A stretch of DNA of 52,790 bases from Bacteroidota bacterium. Lineage in GTDB: Bacteria > Bacteroidota > Bacteroidia > UBA7662. Positions 1 through 8,763 of this stretch are shown here, piece after piece. Location: assembly GCA_027485465.1 (NCBI GenBank), contig JAIXRA010000124.1:1-52790 (forward strand). The letters are read 5' to 3'. Position 1 is the first letter of the stretch, and every line of letters begins with the position of its first letter. The position numbers were made by a program, and so were the translations under genes. The notes beneath the pieces were generated by a model that saw only the letters and a program-made list of their open reading frames with translations, had not been told where the DNA came from and did no database searches.

Positions 1-1290
1 AAATTAACCCAGGCCCGTCTATGGACCCCTCCAAGTCCACCATTGCCCGCTTTGCCGGTTGGTCAGGCGGTGATGAATTACACGGCCCAGGGTCAATTGT
101 TGCAGGTTTCTTTTTTTGAAAATTTACCAACCACCGTGGAGACTTTTCGTTTGATGCAACCGGTGGATAGCCGTGGTAATTGCACGTCTGTTCGGTACAT
201 GGAAGAAGATGGAAACGGAAATTTGGCTTTGAGCGTGGGCGATTCGTTGGCCTTTACCTACATGGGTAATGCCGTGACGGGCTTTGTTTACCGAGAGTAT
301 AACGCCGACCTTTCCCAATGGGAACCTTCGTTGAGAGTGTCGGCCGTGACCTCCGCTGCCACTGGTACCCCGACCTCCTTTGATCTTGAATTTTGGGATG
401 AACTTTCAGGAACTTGGTCTCAACTAAAATTCCGCTACAGTAATTTGTCGTGGGACTTGGGATTTGGTTCTTGGATGCAGAGCATCGGTGAATCGTATGT
501 GGTTTCAGCCGAAGATCTCATTGCGCCCGAAGGCATCATGGATTTGCACCGCCTCAGTCCGTCCGGCCCATCGGAACCGACTCGCTTTTTGGTGCAGATG
601 GTAACCGGTCCTTTGTTGACCCCGATGCTTCGTCGGAATTCCGTTGTAAGCGGGGGGCTCCTTCAACAATTTACGGATCAAGAAGCGGATAGCGCCAACC
701 AGTGGTTTTCGACAAGCCGTTCTCAATTTGCATGGAATGCCGGAGTCCTGGGCAGTATCACTGTTCAGGATAGTTCGAGTGGATCTTGGGTCAACGATAT
801 TCGTGATAGTCGTACCTATACCTCCAACGGTGATTTGCAAGTTCAAAAGAACGAGGAATTCGTCTCTGGTCAAGGTTGGATAACGGATTCAGGATCAGAG
901 GCTGTTATTTCCTATAATCCCAGTAACCCCAGCCGGATTGCCTCCTGGATTCGCAAAGAATACGACTCCTTTGGCTCTTCGTGGGATACCGTTTCCCGCT
1001 ATACTTTGTTTTACAGCCCGACCACCTCGGTCTGCCCGTCTTGTATAACAACCGATCGATGGAGTGTTTATCCCAATCCCATCGCTCATCAATTTGAGGT
1101 TCAGGGATTGACAGCAGGTGCTCAACTGAGGGTTACCGATGCCACCGGTCGAGAGATCCACCAAGTAGGCGTCAAAGAAGGCGACGCTTCGTTGCGGATC
1201 GACTGTTCGACTTGGGCTCCCGGTTGGTACCTTCTTCAGCAAATGGAAGCCGAAGGACGCGTTTCGGTTTACCGCTTGCTCAAGCCATAA
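1..1290 (+). CDS. T9SS-secreted protein of unknown function, 5' end truncated by the window edge
   Basis: Frame 1 is open from base 1, and the track start at 43 is a TTG. The C-terminus VYPNPIAHQFEVQGL...GWYLLQQ...VYRLLKP matches a Por/T9SS C-terminal sorting domain. I recognise no catalytic motif. Confidence 0.7.
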   Translation, partial: KLTQARLWTPPSPPLPALPVGQAVMNYTAQGQLLQVSFFENLPTTVETFRLMQPVDSRGNCTSVRYMEEDGNGNLALSVGDSLAFTYMGNAVTGFVYREYNADLSQWEPSLRVSAVTSAATGTPTSFDLEFWDELSGTWSQLKFRYSNLSWDLGFGSWMQSIGESYVVSAEDLIAPEGIMDLHRLSPSGPSEPTRFLVQMVTGPLLTPMLRRNSVVSGGLLQQFTDQEADSANQWFSTSRSQFAWNAGVLGSITVQDSSSGSWVNDIRDSRTYTSNGDLQVQKNEEFVSGQGWITDSGSEAVISYNPSNPSRIASWIRKEYDSFGSSWDTVSRYTLFYSPTTSVCPSCITTDRWSVYPNPIAHQFEVQGLTAGAQLRVTDATGREIHQVGVKEGDASLRIDCSTWAPGWYLLQQMEAEGRVSVYRLLKP

Positions 1291-2639
1291 AGCTTGAAGA
1301 GCCGGATGCCGTAAGGCTCGAGTTCTAAATCTTCTTTGAGGTAGGCGGTGCTTCCGTCCCGGATATTCTCAAAGGACTTGAGGCGAAAAGCGGTCGGGAC
1401 CTTGGTCACGAGGGTTTTGTTTCGGGTATTGACAACGCAAAGGACGGCTTCATCGCCTTGACCACGCAGAGACCACCAACAGTCTTTGTCCTCGGGACGT
1501 AGTCGAACAAAATCCCCGCTTTGGTAGGCTTTCTCCAAGCGAAAGATGGCGCCGTAATCTTGGTAAAATCGTAGGATTTCTGGATTCTGTTGGTAGCGGA
1601 TAGGACTGCGTTCAAAGATGTTTTGCTTGAGGGGGTGCCCGACTTCTTGGCCGTTGTATACCAAGGGAATGCTGACGGGCTGCTGACTAATCACATAGGC
1701 CGCCATCGCTGCTTGGTCCGAACCAAAAACTTTGGCAGGAACCTGATCCCAGGACGTTTCATCGTGGTTGGTAACAAAACGCATGACCCTTCCAAAGCCT
1801 CCGGTGGCTTGAGTGGCTTGGCTGTTTTCGGCAGTCCATGCCGAGTCCAAGCCCCGAATCGAAGCTCCTTGAAAAACCCCTTTGAGGCGGTGATAAAAAT
1901 CCCATCCGTACGTTGAATTGAAGCCATATCGATAAAACTCCGGGCCATTGGCCTCGGCTAACATGAACAAGGGTCGGTGACGACGGAGCCTTTGGATGCA
2001 GGTGCTCCACCAATCACCCGGTACCATCATGGCGACATCGCAACGAAATCCATCGACATGAAATTCTTGGACCCAGTATTCCATTTCGGCGATCATGGCC
2101 TCGCGAAGCTCGGGGTTCTCAAAGTTGAGATCTGCAACATCCGTCCAGTCATCGTTCGGAGGTAGAATTTTGCCGCTTGCATCCCGGGTGTACCATTCGG
2201 GATGGGATTGGGTCCAAGGGTGGTCAAAGGCGGTGTGATTGGCCACCCAATCCAAAATGACGCGGAGGCCACGCCGGTGGCATTCCCGGACCAGGACCCG
2301 AAAATCTTGTTCGTTGCCAAATTCCGGATTGATTTTCCGATAATCTTGGACGGAATAGGGGGATCCAAAGGTGCCTTTGCGGTTCACTTGCCCTACCGGG
2401 TGGATGGGCATCAACCAAAGCGTGTTAAATCCCAGGCTTTGAATATGGTCCAGCCCACTGTAAAGACCTTTGATGCTTCCTTCGTTGCTGAAGTTTCGTA
2501 GATAAACTTGATAAATGCGTATTTCGGAAGGGTCCAAGGCAGGGTGGACCGTGCTATCGGTGCGGGGATTTTTTTGGGCGGACAGCGAGCCTTGAAACAA
2601 GAGCAGGAGCAGGAGGAGGGTGTTGCGAAGGATTTTCAT
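1269..2639 (-). CDS. Secreted alpha-amylase family glycoside hydrolase (GH13)
   Basis: Signal peptide MKILRNTLLLLLLLFQGSLSAQ. GH13 conserved regions are present: DWVANHT, DGFRCDVAMMV, FMLAEAN and FVTNHDE. Confidence 0.9.
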   Translation of the reverse strand: MKILRNTLLLLLLLFQGSLSAQKNPRTDSTVHPALDPSEIRIYQVYLRNFSNEGSIKGLYSGLDHIQSLGFNTLWLMPIHPVGQVNRKGTFGSPYSVQDYRKINPEFGNEQDFRVLVRECHRRGLRVILDWVANHTAFDHPWTQSHPEWYTRDASGKILPPNDDWTDVADLNFENPELREAMIAEMEYWVQEFHVDGFRCDVAMMVPGDWWSTCIQRLRRHRPLFMLAEANGPEFYRYGFNSTYGWDFYHRLKGVFQGASIRGLDSAWTAENSQATQATGGFGRVMRFVTNHDETSWDQVPAKVFGSDQAAMAAYVISQQPVSIPLVYNGQEVGHPLKQNIFERSPIRYQQNPEILRFYQDYGAIFRLEKAYQSGDFVRLRPEDKDCWWSLRGQGDEAVLCVVNTRNKTLVTKVPTAFRLKSFENIRDGSTAYLKEDLELEPYGIRLFKLYGLSKR

Positions 2640-2647
2640 AGGGATTG

Positions 2648-2657
2648 TTAACGTTAA
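2648..2657. promoter_or_regulatory. Perfect 10-bp palindrome TTAACGTTAA in the 33-nt gap upstream of the amylase gene, a candidate LacI/cre-like operator
   Basis: The sequence reads gTTAACGTTAAg. The wider TGTTAACGTTAAGA has two mismatches to the cre-type TGWAANCGNTNWCA pattern. Confidence 0.3.
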
Positions 2658-2672
2658 GAGTTCGTCAAGAGA

Positions 2673-3758
2673 TTAATGAGGCACGAAAGTTAGCGAAAAG
2701 GCCGAGGTACGACCCGCCAGTGTTTGTGGAAATGTGGTGAATTCCATGCGGATACGCTTGGTTTCAAGTGCAAGTCCCCAACGAAAACCGCTGCCACCGG
2801 TACGTTCTGGAAAGGACCATTCAGCTCTTGAAAGGGCTTGATAGCCAGTTCTGAAGCGTAAATATTTGCCCAGATTGATCTCCGCTCCCAGGACGAGGTG
2901 CAAAAACAATTCTTGACTCACGGCGGATAAGGCCGATTCTCGAAGGGTATCGGAATCGTTCAAGGAAAACACTCGGTTTTGGAAGGGGTCGTTGGGATCC
3001 TGGTAACGCAAGGACCAATTTTCGAGGTGTTGCAAACCGAGCGTCCATCGAAGAGGAAGGTGGGCCAAAGCTTGGGTTGTTATCAAAGAGACCCTTCGGG
3101 GAACCAATCGTTGACCAAGGCTGCCAGGCAAATAATCGCGAAAAACCAAGGTTAAATCATCCATCAACAAGGCGTAGGCTCTCCTTTGTTCAGGGTCCTC
3201 GTAACGCAAAGCAAGGCCCAGGCCACCACCCCAGGCCGCATAGCCTCCCAGTTGCGAAGAATACAAGCGGCCCTGCACCCCCCAATTCCAACGCGGGCTG
3301 AAGCGATGGGCGAGGCTATAAATCAAAGCGCCTTCGCTCGCCCGGTGTTCTCCTTCCATTTGACCAAAGGGATTGGTTCGAGCCATGGAGCCGGTTCCAC
3401 TAAAACGAGCTCCCCAGGCCATGGTCCAACGGCTTTCTTGGGGGGTTGGAACCACCCAGGCCACTTCACCTTGACCCAAACCTGCAGAACGCTGCACCCA
3501 GGCCGCTGCGTAGGATCTCCCCAAACCTGATTCGAGCAAGGCGGGGTTGGAGAGGGACCGAAGGGGGCTCTGCGTGCCCCAAACCGGGGCAAACCCTCCT
3601 TGGGATAGGGTCATGGGATCGCTGCTGTGGAGGACCATCCCAAAAACTTGGTGACCTCCGGTCTGAGCCCCTAAGGGCTGGCCCGTTGTGACAACCAAAA
3701 GAGCAAACAGAGCAATCATCCCGATCCATGGAGACCAAGCACCCTGAAGGCGGTTCAT
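2673..3758 (-). CDS. Outer-membrane beta-barrel protein, tentatively PorQ-like (T9SS-associated)
   Basis: Signal peptide from the internal Met (MNRLQGAWSPWIGMIALFALLVV...AQTGG). The N-terminal pattern GG..F......GG....NPALL resembles my recollection of PorQ. The sequence is Gly/aromatic-rich with alternating strand character. The family call is tentative. Confidence 0.5.
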   Translation of the reverse strand: MNRLQGAWSPWIGMIALFALLVVTTGQPLGAQTGGHQVFGMVLHSSDPMTLSQGGFAPVWGTQSPLRSLSNPALLESGLGRSYAAAWVQRSAGLGQGEVAWVVPTPQESRWTMAWGARFSGTGSMARTNPFGQMEGEHRASEGALIYSLAHRFSPRWNWGVQGRLYSSQLGGYAAWGGGLGLALRYEDPEQRRAYALLMDDLTLVFRDYLPGSLGQRLVPRRVSLITTQALAHLPLRWTLGLQHLENWSLRYQDPNDPFQNRVFSLNDSDTLRESALSAVSQELFLHLVLGAEINLGKYLRFRTGYQALSRAEWSFPERTGGSGFRWGLALETKRIRMEFTTFPQTLAGRTSAFSLTFVPH

Positions 3759-3769
3759 GGATTGAATTT

Positions 3770-4255
3770 TTAGTTGGTTGCCTTCCATAGGTACACGGTA
3801 GGCAACGTTAAAACCGGGCTAAAGTTGCCGGAACGATCCCTTAGGACGGCATACAATTGGAGGGAATCAACATCCAGATCCGCCCGAGTTTCAAAAGGGT
3901 CCAAAAGAAGTTCGAGTTGTGCATCTACCACCTTGTTGGCCCCGCGGGGTGTCAAGTTGGGGACCGAAAATTCCCGGTAGGTTGAGTCAAAGGGGGGAAA
4001 CCCATAGCGGACTTCCAACAGCCAAAGATCCCGTGTCTGGTCCCCGGAATCCCGGCCCAGGTCTCCGTCTTCGTCCCGAATCCTAAATTCCAATCGCAGA
4101 CTGTCCAATCCTGATCGGAGCCGAACGGTATCAAGGGGCTGGACCAGGTTCATTTCAGGGGGGAAAATCTGAGGAATGAACAAGAGATCGCAACCGTTAA
4201 GAGCCTGGCTAAGGAGGATGAGCAGCGCAAAACGTAGCTGGAGTCGAGTAAACAT
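3770..4255 (-). CDS. Lipoprotein of unknown function
   Basis: The N-terminus MFTRLQLRFALLILLSQALNGC contains a lipobox (LNGC). The gene lies 11 nt upstream of the PorQ-like gene on the same strand. Confidence 0.65.
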   Translation of the reverse strand: MFTRLQLRFALLILLSQALNGCDLLFIPQIFPPEMNLVQPLDTVRLRSGLDSLRLEFRIRDEDGDLGRDSGDQTRDLWLLEVRYGFPPFDSTYREFSVPNLTPRGANKVVDAQLELLLDPFETRADLDVDSLQLYAVLRDRSGNFSPVLTLPTVYLWKATN

Positions 4256-5405
4256 GGTAGACTCAACAAAAATACCCTTTTTGGAGAAGGTTAGGCGTTA
4301 CTTTGCGTTGCTTCCTGTGGATCGTTTTGCCCTGAAAATGCTGGATTTTTGGAGCCTTTGGGAGAACCAAGGGTCCCATGCTGTTTTGGGTTCCCGTTCG
4401 GTGGGTTTGGGTTCCCGTTCGGTGGGTTCGGGATGGACGGATCAACAATGCGCGGCCATCTTGGACCTTTTTCACCGTCAAAGGCAGGAAATTCCTGTTT
4501 TTGGGAGGTTTGTGGAGGCAGTCAAGTCCAATGCAGCGGCCATACGCTACCCCGAGGATTTGGTTTTTTTGCCAATCGAAGCCTTCAAGGATCACGAACT
4601 TGGGTGGGGTCCTCCTCCCAGTGCGCGTCAGCTTTTTCGTAGCAGTGGTACCAGCGCCGGCGTTCAACGCAGGGCCGTCCATTCCATGGCCTATCCAGAC
4701 CTGGTTTGGAAGCGTTCTCTGGAATTTGGACAAACCATCCTGGGGCCCTTGAATGGAAAGGCTTTGCTGGCTTTGTTGCCCTCGTACATGGACCGCGGGG
4801 AATCCTCCTTGTTGGCCATGCTGGCTTTTTATATGGAGGCGTCGGATTTGGCCCAAGGGGCCTTTTATAACAAAGATTACAACTCGTTCACGCGGGATTG
4901 GCAACGGGCCCAATTGGAGCAAAGTCCGGTCCTGGCTTGGGGTATTCCCCATGCCTTGCTGGAGTGGACCCGGTCCTTGGACCTTGAACCAGGTTCTGCT
5001 GACATCCTAATCGAAACAGGCGGTTCCAAGGGGATGGTCCGGACCTGGACAGAGGCGGAACGTCGGCAATGTTGGCGGCAGGCCTTGGGCTCTTCCATCC
5101 GCTTGGGCGGCGAATACGGCATGACCGAATTGGGATCCCAGGCCTATCGCCTGGACGGATCGGGGTGGGAAGGTTATGTATTTCCTCCCATGGTGGGGGT
5201 TGGGGTTTACCGTGCGGACAACCCCTTGGAATGGGAGAAGACCGGAGGGATAGGTGGTCTCAACATAGTTGACCCGGCCAATTATTACAGTGTATCATTT
5301 ATTCAAACACGGGATTTGGGAAGGTGCTTGCCGGATGGTAGTCTGGAACTCTTGGGGCGATTGGATGGGGCCGAACCAAGGGGATGCAACCTTTTGCACC
5401 TTTAA
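4254..5405 (+). CDS. LuxE/PaaK-family acyltransferase (acyl-protein synthetase-like adenylating enzyme)
   Basis: Contains an SSGTSAG nucleotide-binding-like motif (compare SSGTSG/TSSGTTG), and the overall length and layout fit Bacteroidota LuxE-like acyl transferases. The start is uncertain among 4176, 4218 and 4254. I chose 4254. Confidence 0.55.
   Translation: MVDSTKIPFLEKVRRYFALLPVDRFALKMLDFWSLWENQGSHAVLGSRSVGLGSRSVGSGWTDQQCAAILDLFHRQRQEIPVFGRFVEAVKSNAAAIRYPEDLVFLPIEAFKDHELGWGPPPSARQLFRSSGTSAGVQRRAVHSMAYPDLVWKRSLEFGQTILGPLNGKALLALLPSYMDRGESSLLAMLAFYMEASDLAQGAFYNKDYNSFTRDWQRAQLEQSPVLAWGIPHALLEWTRSLDLEPGSADILIETGGSKGMVRTWTEAERRQCWRQALGSSIRLGGEYGMTELGSQAYRLDGSGWEGYVFPPMVGVGVYRADNPLEWEKTGGIGGLNIVDPANYYSVSFIQTRDLGRCLPDGSLELLGRLDGAEPRGCNLLHL
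4267..4274 (-). promoter_or_regulatory. Bacteroidota -7 box TATTTTTG (TAnnTTTG) for the lipoprotein gene
   Basis: The reverse complement of caaaaata is TATTTTTG. It sits 11 nt upstream of the ATG at 4255 and inside the 5' end of the divergent LuxE-like CDS. Confidence 0.35.
4388..4429 (+). repeat. 2 x 21-bp in-frame tandem duplication (20/21 identical)
   Basis: gggttcccgttcggtgggttt is followed directly by gggttcccgttcggtgggttc. The copies encode SRSVGLG and SRSVGSG inside the LuxE-like CDS. Confidence 0.95.
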
Positions 5406-5418
5406 TAATTTCAATCCG

Positions 5419-6891
5419 ATGTTTATGAATCGTTCTTGGGGTCTTTGGTTAGACCAACGCACAAAAGCATTTGGATTGTTGGTTGGTCTACTTCTCTGGG
5501 GTTACAACGCCCTGGGTCAGCTGCATTTTGTTTTGGATTCGGTTCCAGCCTACACCCCGGCAAGTGCTACGATCTACCTGGCGGGCTCTTTTAACAATTG
5601 GAATCCCTCGTCAGCAGCGCACGCGCTTACTTGGAGGCCGGATTCAACCCGGGCTCTTACACTTCCCGCAGGATCCGGAACCCTTGCTTTCAAGTTCACC
5701 CGGGGCTCTTGGGCGTCGGTTGAAGGGAATGCATCCGGTTCCTTTCGGCCGAACCGAACCTATACCTACGGGAACGGAGATACCGTTCGACTCAAAGTCC
5801 TGAGCTGGGAGGATTTGCACAGCGGAAGTGGTGGAGGCGGAGGAGGAGGGGGGACGGCCAATGCCCAGGTACAAATCCTGACCGATACGTTCTGGATGCC
5901 GACCCTGGGCCGTTACCGCCGTATATGGTTGTATTTGCCCCCGGATTACCAAACGGCCCTCAACAAGCGTTATCCGGTGTTGTACATGCACGATGGTCAA
6001 AACCTCTTCAATTCGGCGACTTCGTTTGCAGGAGAATGGGAGGTGGATGAATGTTTGAGTCGCCTCTTCACCGGCGGTGATTACGGGGCCATTGTCGTCG
6101 GAATCGACAACGGAGGATCGCAGCGCATCAACGAGTACAGCCCGTGGGTTCATCCGCAGTACGGTGGGGGACAAGGGGATGCGTATGCGCAGTTTATTGT
6201 TCAATACCTGAAGCCTTACATCGATGCGCATTACCGCAGCGATAGCACCCGGAACGGAACCTGGATATGGGGATCCAGTATGGGGGGATTTCTGTCTCAG
6301 TACGCGGCGGTTCGTTACCAAGAAGTTTTTTCGAGAGCCGGTGTTTTCAGTCCCAGCCTCTGGTTTGACAATCGGATTATGCAGCAACCTTCTCTGGAGG
6401 GCTATCGTTGGCCGGTTCGGTTTTATGTGATGGCTGGGGCTTTGGAATCTTCGTCCATGGTCGCCCAAGTGCAGCAACTCAAAGATGCTATGGTGCAGGC
6501 GGGCTTTCCGGCAGGCCTTGTTCAAACCGTGATCCGTTCAGATGGTCAGCATGCCGAATGGTTTTGGCGCAGGGAATTTGAACAAGCGTACCGTTGGTTG
6601 CAAGGCCAGTCCATGGCGTCGGTCGAAGAACCAAAGACGGAATCCATCCAACTGAGGATTTACCCGAATCCCGTCCAAGGGCGATGCCGTATTGAATGGT
6701 CTTCATTTCGAGAGACTCCGCAGGCAGGCCATCTCAAGGTGCGCGATCCTTTGGGTCGAACGGTGCTTTTCTTGACAGGTTCCTTGCCCCTTGATTTGAA
6801 TCTTACAGCCTATCCAAGAGGGCTTTATACCTTGGAATTTATCACTTCTGAAGGTGGGACCTATCGTGGCCGACTCCTCCATGTGGATTAG
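5419..6891 (+). CDS. Secreted esterase (alpha/beta hydrolase, putative-esterase family) with an N-terminal starch/glycogen-binding-like module and a T9SS C-terminal domain
   Basis: Start taken at MFMNRSW with a signal peptide. The CBM20/48-like stretch is IYLAGSFNNWNP...KFTRGSWASVE, followed by a Gly8 linker. The esterase core has YPVLYMHDGQN and the nucleophile elbow GSSMGG. The C-terminus IYPNPVQGRCRIEW...GLYTLEF is a T9SS sorting domain. Confidence 0.8.
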   Translation: MFMNRSWGLWLDQRTKAFGLLVGLLLWGYNALGQLHFVLDSVPAYTPASATIYLAGSFNNWNPSSAAHALTWRPDSTRALTLPAGSGTLAFKFTRGSWASVEGNASGSFRPNRTYTYGNGDTVRLKVLSWEDLHSGSGGGGGGGGTANAQVQILTDTFWMPTLGRYRRIWLYLPPDYQTALNKRYPVLYMHDGQNLFNSATSFAGEWEVDECLSRLFTGGDYGAIVVGIDNGGSQRINEYSPWVHPQYGGGQGDAYAQFIVQYLKPYIDAHYRSDSTRNGTWIWGSSMGGFLSQYAAVRYQEVFSRAGVFSPSLWFDNRIMQQPSLEGYRWPVRFYVMAGALESSSMVAQVQQLKDAMVQAGFPAGLVQTVIRSDGQHAEWFWRREFEQAYRWLQGQSMASVEEPKTESIQLRIYPNPVQGRCRIEWSSFRETPQAGHLKVRDPLGRTVLFLTGSLPLDLNLTAYPRGLYTLEFITSEGGTYRGRLLHVD

Positions 6892-6913
6892 GAATTGGGG
6901 TTAAGATTTTAGG

Positions 6914-8707
6914 TCAAAAAGGGTATTTACCTTTATCTAACACATATTGAGCGACCTTCCTTCGAAGGTTCTTAAGATTCACGGACGGGGTTTTGGTAAA
7001 TCGACGCAGCCCCATGAGCATCATGCGTTGTTCATCGTTTTCTGGCAATCCCATGATGACTTCCCTGCCTGCGCTCAGGCATTTTTCGGCGGCATGATGG
7101 GCCTGGAGGGTTCCAAGAATACCCCTTATTTCGTTTTCTTGATCGGATAGGCGAGCGCTAAGGCGTTGGGTCTTGAGCAGGTCCGATTCCAAAACATAAA
7201 CCTCCATGGCCATATCGGCCAACCGCATGAGGGCTTCTTGCTCATCGACCAAAGCCGTCCCGTAGTGTTGAACCGCCGCACCGGCGACCAAGAGATTGGC
7301 TTTTTTGAGTTGCATGAGGATCTTGGTTTCGGGGGCCAAAAATCCGGTAGGCTCTTCCGACCCAAAATCGGGTATCTCCATCAGCTCGGCGGCCACTTTA
7401 CGAGCCGGTCCCAAGAGGTCCACATGGCCTTTGAGGGCCTTTCGTAACATCATGTCAACAATGAGCATCCGATTGATTTCGTTGGTGCCCTCGTAAATAC
7501 GAGAAATACGGGCATCGCGGTAGGCGGCTTCCATCGGTGCATCGGCCGAATAGCCCATGCCTCCGTAAACCTGAACACCCTCATCGGCCACCAGGGCCAT
7601 GACCTCGGAACCATAGACTTTTAGGATGGCGCATTCGACGGCGAATTCCTCCAACCCTTTGAGTTTGGCTTCGGCCTCGGATTTGCCCTCGGCCAGAAGG
7701 GCGTTTTGGAGTCGTTCGATGGCATCCCCGGCCCGGTACAACGCCGCATCGGTTGCGTAAACCAAGGCCGTACAACGGGCAATTTTTTCCTGAATGGCCC
7801 CAAATTCACCGATATTCTTGCCAAATTGTTGACGTTCGTTGGCGTAGCGGCTCATCAAGCCAATGACCTTGAATGCCGCACCGTTGGTCGCCGCGGCTAA
7901 TTTGATACGACCGGCGTTTAGGACGTTGACGGCTATTTTGAAACCGTCGCCTCTTTGTCCAAGCATGGAATCCGCCGGAACCCTGACCTTATCGTAAAAT
8001 ACCTGTCGGGTTGAAGATGACTTGATGCCCATTTTGTGTTCTTCGGCGTTCATCGTCAAACCCTGTACATCGTCTTTGTGAAAGACAAAACAGGAAATAT
8101 TCTTATCGTCCTCGATTCTGGCAAACACAATAAATACCTGTGCAAAACCAGCATTGGAAATCCAGATTTTTTGACCCGTTATCTCGTAATGTTGACCATC
8201 TGAACTGAGTACGGCCATTGTTTTGCCGGAATTGGCATCGGAGCCTGCACCCGGTTCGGTCAGGTTGTAACACGAGATCCATTCTCCACTGGCGATTTTG
8301 GCGAGGAAGCGATCCTTGATGGCTTGGGATCCGTAATATTGAATGGGGAGGGTTCCAATACCGGTATGGGCCCCAAAAGCCGTCGCTAAGGAACCGGTCA
8401 TGCTGGATATTTCTTCGCAAATGAGCATGGAAACATTAAATCCCATGCCCATACCACCGAATTCTTCCGGCACCGAAAGACCCAAGAGACCCAAGTTACC
8501 AGCTTTGTGCAAAAGATCCTCCACCAAGCCGTAATCGCCTTGTTCAAAGCGTTGCAAATGCGGTTCAACTTCGGATTTCATGAAATCGGCCGCGGCCTGA
8601 AACATCATACGTTGTTCTTCGCCAAAATCTTCGCGAATGAACACTTGATCGGGACCGGGATGGTGAACCAAAAAATGGCCACCTCGACGTAATTCTTTTG
8701 AATTCAT
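6914..8707 (-). CDS. Acyl-CoA dehydrogenase (long form, about 600 aa)
   Basis: Motifs YNLTEPGAGSDA, GGMGY and RIYEGTNEI. It is the last gene of the beta-oxidation string. Confidence 0.92.
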   Translation of the reverse strand: MNSKELRRGGHFLVHHPGPDQVFIREDFGEEQRMMFQAAADFMKSEVEPHLQRFEQGDYGLVEDLLHKAGNLGLLGLSVPEEFGGMGMGFNVSMLICEEISSMTGSLATAFGAHTGIGTLPIQYYGSQAIKDRFLAKIASGEWISCYNLTEPGAGSDANSGKTMAVLSSDGQHYEITGQKIWISNAGFAQVFIVFARIEDDKNISCFVFHKDDVQGLTMNAEEHKMGIKSSSTRQVFYDKVRVPADSMLGQRGDGFKIAVNVLNAGRIKLAAATNGAAFKVIGLMSRYANERQQFGKNIGEFGAIQEKIARCTALVYATDAALYRAGDAIERLQNALLAEGKSEAEAKLKGLEEFAVECAILKVYGSEVMALVADEGVQVYGGMGYSADAPMEAAYRDARISRIYEGTNEINRMLIVDMMLRKALKGHVDLLGPARKVAAELMEIPDFGSEEPTGFLAPETKILMQLKKANLLVAGAAVQHYGTALVDEQEALMRLADMAMEVYVLESDLLKTQRLSARLSDQENEIRGILGTLQAHHAAEKCLSAGREVIMGLPENDEQRMMLMGLRRFTKTPSVNLKNLRRKVAQYVLDKGKYPF

Positions 8708-8763
8708 AGGGATAAGAGTCTAGGGTCAATAGGGATTTTGAGGGATCTGAGATAAGGCGGTTA

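Noticed and set aside
4263-4952. 229-aa ORF antisense to the LuxE-like gene, and the 293-aa ORF at 5644..6525 antisense to the esterase
   Set aside because: Neither has a recognisable motif, and both lie entirely within better-supported genes on the other strand.
5830-5853. Gly8-coding run considered as a slippage-prone simple-sequence repeat
   Set aside because: The codons are mixed (ggt gga ggc gga gga gga ggg ggg), so this is not a pure repeat. It is best explained as an interdomain linker.
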